In this document: in pieces, positions 54,117-64,000 of the stretch
How the letters are laid out: every line of letters starts with the position of its first letter
Numbering within the stretch: the first letter of the stretch is position 1
Assembly: GCA_964057225.1 (NCBI GenBank)
Contig: OZ059899.1
Location: 14,818,001-14,882,000, forward strand
From: Auanema rhodensis
Taxonomy: Eukaryota > Animalia > Nematoda
DNA: 64,000 nt
Direction: 5' to 3'
Position numbers and translations under genes: made by a program
Notes under the pieces: generated by a model
Database searches by the model: none
Told to the model about the DNA's origin: nothing
What the model saw: the letters and a program-made list of their open reading frames with translations, nothing else

Positions 54117-56828
54117 ATGTATTTTCTTCTTTAACCATTTAAAGAATCTATCTTCATATATTCTTTCTTATTCCTTTTCTTCAATTTTTTTTTCATCAAT
54201 TTTCCCAAAATAAGAGAAAGGAAATATCATCAGACTCTTATAAAATCTAACATAAATATCTCAAAAAACTACAAAGAATTAAGAAGAAGGAATATCAAAA
54301 AAGGATAGAAAATCATCCTTTTTCACGTTTTGGATCCTCTCTCACTCTCTATCTCTCTCTCTCGTTCTCTTTCTCTCTCTCTTTTCAAGCCGTAGCCGTT
54401 AGACTTTACCGCCCAGACGAGTACAACGGGCTTCAAACCATTTTTTTATTTAAAAAAATTTTTTTCGCTTATCCGGTTTTTTGAGGTCTCCTCCCGTAGA
54501 ACCTCTTCCTTCTCTCTTTCTCTGTCCTAAATCGGTTCAGTTTCTCTCTTACGGGCTCATACGCAACTCTCTCTCTCTCTCTCTTTACCATTCTCCTATC
54601 CATTATGTTGTTTCCTTCTTAGTCTAAGACAAAACGTATAACTTTGCTCGTTTTCATTCCTCTTTTCACCATCTAAACCTGGTCTCTTCATCATTTCTCT
54701 CGACCTGTCTCACACACAATTTCTTTCTCTCTCTCTCTCTTTCTCGCTCTCTATCTTTCTCTCTCTCTCTCTCTCTTTCTCGCTCTCTATCTTTCTCTCT
54801 CTCTCTCTCAGTCTAAATCTTATTCTCTTGTCACTATTTTTTTCTTTTTACACGATGTGTAGATGTTATCAAATAATATTTTGATGTCGTCGTCATCGGA
54901 ACTGTCTTCAGAATCATCATAACCTTGATTATTTTAAAATCAACCATAGTTGACATGTATATGTGTATGTATGTATTTCAATGAATAACTAACTGATCAT
55001 CATGATCATCTGATTCGTTGATAACATAAATTCTTTTAGTTTGTCTAAACTTCACTTGAACTATTCAATATGTCCGTACATCATCTGTTATTTTCTGAAA
55101 ACTCTAAATCAAAACTGATTTCAATCCATCTCTCTCGATCTCTCTCTCTCTCTCTATCTCTTTCTCTCTACCAACTTTTTTTGAATTTTTTATACCAATC
55201 AACTATATTGTTATCCTCATCTGGAGCAATTCTGACAGTCTACGTGTAGCTTTCTCTCTCTAACTCTCTCTCTCTCTCTCTCTCTCTTTAGTTGTTCTTC
55301 CTCGTCCTTCTGTCTCACTCTCAAAGCTTATGTGTCTATCTTTTTCTCAAATTCGTTATTTGTTCAGCTATATTGAGAAGCGAAGTTTACAAAGAGTTTG
55401 AGAGTCTAGACAGAGAGAGAGAAGGGGAGGGATTGAGGGAGAGAGAGAAAGAAAGAAAGAGAGAAAATTGGATGTATTCCATATACATTCAGCCAAAAGC
55501 TTCGTACATTTACACCCAGACCTCAATATCAAGTACTTTACTCTCGTTCACTACAGTTTGCATCAGTTTCTCCTCATCGAAGTTTTTCTACCCATATCCT
55601 GTTATGAGCTTAATGTCTTAAGAATGACCAGAAAGCATTTCAAACCTTTTATCAAATCCCTCTCTATCAGACTATTCTCTAGTTCTCTTATGCTTTTTTC
55701 CGATGTCTTCTCTCAATTTTCCCACGTTCCAACCTCGTTTTTCTGATTGTTTTCTCTCGTCGTCGCCGTCGTCGTCGACGACTTCGCTACCTCTCTTCCA
55801 CCACAACCACAACCATCATCATTATCTTCATTGTACCCGTGTCCTCACTTTCTTCTGCACGTTTTCTTCGTTTTTTTTTTGAATTTAGTACAAAACTCGG
55901 TGTACTTCTTCATTGACTTCGCAGATTTTGATCGAAAAACTTTTGTTAGTTCATCATTCTTAGTAAGCTTTGAGCTTGAATATTTCCAAAAATAGTCTCT
56001 TTCTCATTGCCTATCTCTCTTAAACGCCAGTTGCAACGACATCGTTGTCGCTCATCTGAATACTGTCGCGTTGTCCTCGACGACGCCAACGACAACGCTA
56101 AACGGTAGCTTGACCTTCGCGCGCTCTCTAGTCATTGTCGACGACCAACGACGACAACTACGACGACGACGACAACGACAACGACGACTACAACTTAAGA
56201 GAGAAATAGATTGAGAGAGCGAATGAAGGTCCCCCTCCCCGTTCGTCCTGATTCCGAATTTGGCAGTCGTCCTCTAACTAACTTCAGCAATTGTTCATCA
56301 TCTCATTCCATTTTTTCTTTTCTTTTCTTTTTTTTTTCTAAAACATCATACTTATATACAGTTGCTGTTCGACCATTTTCATTGTATAGGCGACTATTGC
56401 ACGAAACATCGTCGTCGCAACAACGACGACAACAACGTTGACTACGACTACGACGTTCATATAGAACGTTAAAGTCAAGAGTTGAAATATAACGTTCTCT
56501 TTATTCAATTCATCGATTCTCAAACTCCATTATACCCAATATCGTTTGTAGTTCTTTTCTATCATGTTTTTTCACTTCCTATCTGTCCATTTTCTCACCC
56601 ACACCAACTAAAACCAACCAACCTACTTTGAACTTGGCCCGTTTCTCCCGAGCTTCAGAAATGTCAACGGATAAGCGAACAAAGTATTCTCGTTAACCCC
56701 CCTCTTTCCAACACTTCTTCTCATAATTTCTATGATTTGTTTTCATGAAAACTCAATTAGTTTGCTTGTTCTCATTATTTTATTCAGCATATTCTCATCA
56801 ACTTGTTATTTATTCTGTTAATTTTCAG

Positions 56829-57650
56829 TGTTCGGCTCGCCTGCCGACAGCTCGTCTGACGAAAAAGCCGAAATGGTAGCTCAACATCTTCAGAATCCTG
56901 AAGCCTCTCCACTTACGCCACCCGTCGACGAGGCACTCCATCAATACCATCAGGTAATTCATTGCTTGTATCTGATTCTAATTTATCGTCCGCTGTTTTC
57001 AGAATCATGTGGTGCCGGATATGTCTCAGCTCACAGCTGATCCAGCAATTCAGAAGCTGTTAGCTAGCTACCCTCATCTGCTGAATCCTCTTCTGAATCA
57101 GTCAATCTTGACTTTGCTGCAACCATACGCTTTACATCATTTTATTCAATCTCAAATGCATGTTAATCAGCTTTACAACGTAAGTTTTGCCTGTTTTGTT
57201 GATCGGAGTCTTTTCCGAACATGAAGCTTGTTCTAATAAACCTGTGCTCAACAAGCTTGTTTTCAGCAGCAATTCGTCCAAATGGCTGCTCCGCAGCAGC
57301 ATCCAGCTCCTCAACAGCTATGGACAAACACCAGCTTACCACCTATGGGCATGGATGGTGGATCCATTTCAGCCTCTCCTGCTCATGTATCGGACAGCGA
57401 GGTAAGCATCTTGGTAGAAAATCCTCTTGCTCATTCATTAATTGTTCAGGTTTCCGATTTCTCCGAGCTCTCTCCTCATCCCGTTGAGATGACTCCCATG
57501 TCTAGACGGCCGCACTCCCCTCCATTCAAAGATGGTCACAAGCTGGCTGATCCAACGATGATGGCACTAATGGACATGTCAAACCTATCAGAGCGCGAGC
57601 AAGTGGCTGTAACTATGCTGATGGAGATGCATACCGTCGAGATTCCTTAA
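56829..57650 (+). CDS. C-terminal exons, most likely of the TALE/Mohawk-like homeobox gene
   Basis: Exons 56829-56953, 57003-57179, 57267-57401, 57450-57650 (TAA), all with TTCAG acceptors and GTAA donors. The first exon is phase 1, matching the phase-1 donor at 36229 (G+TG=Val). Product is Q/P/S-rich and ends LSEREQVAVTMLMEMHTVEIP. Confidence 0.85.
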
Positions 57651-59579
57651 ATCATCTGAATCCGTCACGCACAGTCGGCTATGTCGTCGTTGTCACATAC
57701 ATTCCTTCATCTATCGTTAGCTTTCGACTACGACGACAACTACAACTGCGATATCTACAGAGATGTGAGCCGTCTGATGTTATTCAGAATGATTGACGTC
57801 ATCTTTGATCGATTTCATGCAACTTCATCATTTACAATCTTCAACATGTATATCGTCATTAACTCTTCTGATTCTACTCTCCATATACTGGTCTCTCATT
57901 AGTGACCTACACTACTACTACTCTACTCTTCACCCGAAGCGATCGGTAGTTACGTCGTCGCTCATCATCACTCACCTACACCCAGTCAAACCTCATCTGT
58001 ATTGTCGTCCAAACTGAATATTCTCCGATAAAAAAGGAAAAAAACAACAAAAATTCCTTGAATTTCCTCCATTCATCTATCTGCCTCGCTCTCCTTTTTT
58101 ATTGCATTTTTCTTTGCAATATTATGAACCATTTTCATGAATCACCTTTGAATATCAATCCCTTCCTCCCTCTCACATCCATCCAACTCTCTCTCTCTCT
58201 CTCTCTCTTGCTCTCCTCTCCTTACTTGGATTTTGAAAGATATATGAAGAAGATTGAAACCTTCATCTGTGTTTATGAATTAGATATGATTAATAGTGTA
58301 GTTAAAACTCTTGTAGTTGTATAGTTTATCGACATTTTACCGATGATTAATTTGAATTTCAAGCTGCTTGAGTGCCATCAACAGCTAGAACAACAGCAAC
58401 AAGCCAACACCTTCTTCATATATTTTTAAAATTCAAACTCTCTCTCTCTCTCTTGCTCTCTCTTGATTTAAAATACTTTCTCTCTCTCTCCCTGAGTTCC
58501 ATCATCCACATCCAAAGCAAAGCAGTATTTTAAATTTTCTATAATTGTTTGGGAAAATCGTATTTAGACAGACACAGATGAACATCTAACAGGCACAACA
58601 ACATCAATATTTTAATTTAAATAATTTTTTTTAAGTAAAAGCTTGTTTCTTGTTAATCATTTTCATTTAAAATTATTATTTTTTAAATTCTTTTAATCAA
58701 TTCACATCTTATATTCTTTGTGTGCTTCTACCAATTATTATTATTTCATTTGGATAAGATTTGTTTTGAAAAATTAAAAATGAATCTTATTCATTTGTAT
58801 TTTTCCTCCAAAAAAAAGTTTTTTTTTCTTTTTTTTTTCGATAAAACGAACAACTTTTTGATGCTCGTGTTATTCGTTTACGGATATTACTTGGAGATGT
58901 ATGGGATTCATTATTTCTTTTCGATTTTCCTCTTCTTCTTCTTCTCATTTTCTTCATGTTTGCACCTTCTTTGATATTCACTTGGCCAACAATCAACATC
59001 ATAGTACAGCCTATATAAGCTGCGCAGATTCAGATGACTACGACGAATGATGACGCTCTGGACAGCTAGTCAGCCAAATGACCACATGAGATTATGATAT
59101 GATGACATATGTGTAATACAGATGATCATTATAATCATGATCTAATGATATGATTTGATGACATGACAGCAGTCCAGATACACAGTTACAGTCTAACCGT
59201 TGTAGACGATGTTCTGTACGGATTGATTGCGATGATCGCGCACGGAACAGCATGGACAGCTTGACAGGCTTGGCCAATAGCACACCCTTTGTGATGCATC
59301 TTACGGAAAATGCTGCTTCAACATTCACATTTCAAGTTTCTTTTAACAGCAAAAACTTTTTATTTTGAAGCATTATCATCTGTTTGATGTGCCGCAAACA
59401 TCATGAAACCCATTCACCTCTGATTCTCATTACGTGTACTTTGAATTTTCGGGAAATTCACATCAGCCAGTCCTCTCAATTCTCTCATGATATCCACTCT
59501 CCTCCCTTCAATTATTTTTCTTCTCCTTCCAAACTCACCCCTCACACACACTCACTCTCTATTTCTCTCTCTCTCTCTC

Positions 59580-59642
<63 letters not shown>

Positions 59643-60019
59643 TTAACCTCCCTTCCTCCCTCCCATTCACATATATGTGTAAGCCTCAGCTGCAATTATC
59701 GCATTTGCTGTGGTGAATTCGAAAAATTTATTGAAAAACCAAAATTGTTGTTCATAAATTTTTTGAATTCTTATCAGATATGATTATTCAGCTTTTCGAG
59801 CTATTATCAACCGGTTAGCTGGTGAAACATGACGCTATAAGCTCGGTGTAAACAACAACAAGAACAACTGCTTATAAGTAGCTATCTTCCATTAAATTTA
59901 TTGTCCTTTTTTCCTTAAAATTATAATTTTCAAACATCTTAATTTCATAAAAAAAATGTATTTTTCCTTAATTTTTTTGTATATTTTGTATTTTTTCTTC
60001 GATTTTTTTCTGTAAATTA

Positions 60020-60062
<43 letters not shown>

Positions 60063-60889
60063 CTTCTGTTTTTTTGATCAGATTACATTTCATTTTTATT
60101 TTTATTTGTTTGTTATTGTAATTTATCTACAGCCTCATCTCATCTATCTCATATTTTCTCAAGGGAAGACACATTAGTTAGTAGTTTTTACCGTTGATCT
60201 TCCTTTTTTGTTTTGTTTTTTAACAAACCATTACCATGTATTGTTGTTCAAATCATTATTTTGTCTTGTAGCATCTTGTGATTTGTATGATTTAATAGAA
60301 AAAAAGAAGAAGATTAACGATGACATTGATCGGCTATGGATTGCCCTTTTCATTTTTCTTTTCCTCCCTCCATCTCTCCCTCCCTCCCTCCTTCCCTCCA
60401 ACCCATTTTGTCAGAATCGACAGCTCCGTTTCTGGTTAATTTTGTGTTTTTTTTCTCTCATTTCTTTTTTTTTCATTTAGAGCTGATTGTTAATTGTTTA
60501 TTTTTAAAAAAAACGAACTGAAAATCACTAAAAAGTGAAAAATTTGAAAAATAAAACGTTTTAAAACGTACTTCCGTGTTTTGTTATGTTTGATCTCATC
60601 GAGACGAACGGCTGAGCATCTTCTATATAAGTGCTCTAAGTGCTGGCGTCAAGATGAAGAGACAAGATGGTTTTCAACCATATAAACTTATTTGTTTTCT
60701 CAAAATATGCGTGATGTTCATGTGGTTATATACTCCAACAAAAAAATACAAAAATAATGAAGAAAATGATAATAATGATTGAAATTCAACAAAATAAACA
60801 AATAAACAAACAAATGAATAAGATAAATCAATTAAAATTATAAAAAAGTTCAATGTACAATGATTAGACTTGTATAGTTCTATGTATAG

Positions 60890-60921
<32 letters not shown>

Positions 60922-61496
60922 ATCTTGCCGCCAATACTATACTATATATGGAAGAAGGGCGAACACAACTTCAAACGAAACAGAGAGAGAGAGAGCTCAT
61001 TTTAACACATAAAATTATATAAATTTGAGTATTATAAAAAGAAAAATTATAAAGTTTAATAGAAATATATAAATTTTGTATAGTTATAGTAGTGTTTCAA
61101 TGTATTTTAATTAAAAATATTATGTGATATAGAATGTATTTTTGAGATGTACAAGCAGCACATGATGTAAGCAATTCAGTACTAAGCACAGATATAATTC
61201 GTTTTTCTTTTCCTTTTTTTGTCCCAATGTTATCTCTATTCATAGGTTTTGATTATTCAATTCTATATAACATTGAATGACATCATTTTTTTTCTATTTA
61301 TTTATTGATTTTATTGATTTTTTTATTAAAAATTTTATATTTTTTCAGGTTTAAAATCGAATCATTAGTTTGTGGCTGGTCTACAAGTTTGAATAGCAAA
61401 CACTACTCTCTCATTACGAGCATACTAATCATCTAGCACTTATCAACATATCATCACATATTAGTACTACTATAATCATCTGAATTAGAAGATATC

Positions 61497-61720
61497 ATGG
61501 AACTATTACGTGTAGTTGATGGTGAAGCTGATGAAACAGATGGTGAATTGGATATTGGAGATATTAATGTAACAACTGCAAATGAATCATCTAATACTAT
61601 GATTAGAAATATCAATTCAACGAAGACGAAGAAGAAGCCGTTAGATCGTAAATCACAGAAGCGTGAGCTGCAACAACTTAACTTCATAAACAACAATCAG
61701 ACAAGTCCAATCAAAGCAAG
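61497..61720 (+). CDS. First coding exon of an unidentified gene; later exons not identified in this window
   Basis: TTTTTCAG acceptor at 61348, in-frame stops, then ATG 61497. Reads MELLRVVDGEADETDGELDIGD...KTKKKPLDRKSQKRE..., ending at donor AG|GTAATT (61721). Confidence 0.6.
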
Positions 61721-61802
61721 GTAATTTTAAACTTTTTTTCCTTAAAATATGTCCTTTTCTATGTTATTTCTTCTTTTTCTTTTCCATTTTTCTTAACTAA
61801 TA

Positions 61803-61904
61803 TAATCATAAATTTCTATTTTTTACTATTACACGTGAAAAACTGACTTGATTTCACGTGAAAATTGTTATTTTCACTTTTAATGTGAAAATGCATGCGG
61901 TTGA
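61803..61904 (+). promoter_or_regulatory. Dispersed composite element, copy E8
   Basis: CACGTG at 61832 and 61855, CGGTTG at 61898 (43-bp offset). The upstream motif is degenerate (TAATCAT 61803). Confidence 0.45.
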
Positions 61905-62213
61905 ATGTCCTTAGTCTTACAGGCGGTAAGTTCAAAATCATTGCACATAACGCTTGTTTCATTTTAATTTCAAGTTGAATGAGAGAACTGAGAAGAATAG
62001 TATATATAAGTTGATAATTTATAATAGTTAAGTAGATTATAAAGTATGAAATATCTTTATTTCTTTGTATGAAAGAAGTTTTGTAAAGTTTACTAAAGAA
62101 AATGAAAAAGAAATATATAATCTTTGAATCTGCGACATATGACCATCGCCAGTCAAAGTTATGCCTTTCCTATATAACAAAGGGATAATAGAAGTAGAGA
62201 GGAGGTGAGGGTT

Positions 62214-62258
<45 letters not shown>

Positions 62259-64000
62259 TGAAGGTTTTGAAGTTGAAATATAAGTTGAAGTAGAGAAAAG
62301 ATGAAAAGTTATGCCAATGTGAAGGAGAAAAATAGAAGAAAAGAGGGAAATGTTAGAGTCTTATGTCGAAGAAGATTTGACTATACTTCGTTTGTATTTC
62401 GTCATCTTGTATGATTGTCGATATCTTATTGCCTTTTGAACAAGTCACTTCGTTTTGAAGTGAAGATCGTATGATGTAGACGAAGACCGTTCGGCCGTTT
62501 GAAGGATGAGAAATAGGTTCTGTTTGAACGAATCGGCAAATGATTCTCTGTTGGCTATTTGCCAAGATTTTTTAAGCAAACAGGTAATGAATGACTAAAT
62601 GTTGCGAATGTATATAAAAACTAAAGGAGAATCAACTAAAGAGTATAATAAGAGAGAGAGAAAGAGAGAGTGATTGAGAGAGAGAGGGGGGGAGAGGAGA
62701 GAGCGGGTGAATGAACGTGAATGAAAAGCTTATTGTATATCTTTCTCCTTTGATTTTTTTGGAGTTTCGAACATTTTTTTCGAAAATCTAGAGCCAATAG
62801 CAATGTAGATTCTCAATTTCAACTCTGGTTTTTTGTATTTTGGTGAGATAAACACTGACAAGATTGTCATTACGAAGCAATACATATAAGAGTGACAGTG
62901 GCTACTGTGGGACAGTCATTCTCTCATGTGACTATTAGGACCTTGAACGACTTTAATTCTAACTTCAAGATATATCTTCGAGACTTTGGTAAACGGCAAT
63001 CTCTTGCATCATTGGAGTTTGGAACAACATGTACAGAAGCAGGGGACGGGGCAAACCTGCACAAGAACTTTACGATTCCAACTATCAGTCGTATGAACGA
63101 TTCTGTTTATGATTCAACTGGCTTTCGGATTAGTATGTGAGAGGTTGTTGTTGTCCTTCTGAAGGTATGATAGAGAAGGCTAGTGTGAGGAGAGAAAGGA
63201 GAATTTCTACTATCCCATGAAAGTCCAATGTTGATTTCAAACATGTGTATGCAGCTTTAGAATCTCTTGGAATTTTCTCTCGCAACCTCTGTGTCTCTAC
63301 TTCTCTTTCTCTTTCTCACTCTTTCTCTCTTCTTCTCTCTCTGTATTAAGATCTATCGGCCTCTTTGCTCGTTTTTGTTTCCTCAAAACCATTTTTTCTA
63401 TTTCTATTCTACGATTTTTTCCACCGATGGTTTGCGATGGAAAAAAGCAAATACAAAGTGCAGAAAACGCAACGATTGTAGATGGATAGGTCGAAGTCCT
63501 GGTGTGTTATCTCTCTCATTGCCTCGTTCTCTCTCTGCCTTTCCCTCTATCTCTTTCACTCTCTTTCACTCTTCCTCTCTAAAGAGTTTATCGGTGTTTC
63601 CATACGTTTGCATACTACATCGAATTGGTTGAGCGGGACACAATCCGATTCTTTTGAATGTTCAACTAAACTCTCTCTCTCTCTTTTCACTCCTTGTGTA
63701 TCTCATCAAACTCTACCTCTCCCTCCATCCATTCTCCTTTTCATCCTAACTACCCCCCTCTCTCCATTTTTTACGATTTTATATTTATATTAGAAAGGAG
63801 AGAGGGAATGAAGAGAGGAAGAGATGAATGCCTCAACGACACACTATCACAGGGACTAATTTCATTTCTTTTTGTTGCCAACTCATGTTTACAAAAATAT
63901 TTTTTTCTTTTATAGTTGTAAGTTGAAGGGAAAGCTGGAAGAGTTATAGAAGGGGGGAGAACGACGTAGATGCTATCTGGAGATGGGAGTAGAACGTTTA

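Noticed and set aside
59808-59850. Possible pre-miRNA hairpin (ACCGGTTAGC...TAAGCTCGGT)
   Set aside because: The stem is too short and bulged, and I cannot match it confidently to a known miRNA.
62353-63140. ORFs 62353-62565 (minus) and 62892-63140 (plus) as exons
   Set aside because: Non-ATG starts, no good flanking splice sites and no recognisable protein features.

Overview
AT-rich eukaryotic DNA with nematode-type gene structure: 44-56 nt introns, TTTCAG acceptors and dense (CT)n/(GA)n microsatellites. The window holds the 3' part of a LIM-homeobox gene matching lin-11/Lhx1-5 (1-4638), a divergent TALE homeobox gene of Mohawk/Iroquois type (31419-36229, probably joined over a 20.6-kb intron to exons at 56829-57650), and the first coding exon of an unidentified gene (61497-61720). 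Most entries in the ORF track are microsatellite artefacts. The most unusual region is a ~4.8-kb island almost free of (CT)n/(GA)n tracts at 7.85-12.65 kb. It contains a 1.66-kb 14-bp ACGT/E-box minisatellite, a hairpin with 82-bp arms, and a quasi-palindromic cassette of two unrelated, divergently oriented orphan ORFs. These ORFs share a near-identical 344-bp 5' arm and homologous 3' ends. A 64-bp direct repeat in the cassette would reconstitute a third, circularly permuted spliced gene if the 1413-bp unit were circularised. Separately, a dispersed ~100-bp element (TTAGCAT ... E-box ... ~41-45 bp ... CGGTTG) recurs about 8 times in AT-rich patches, and the minisatellite is the amplified core of one copy. 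All calls were made by eye; no database search was run.
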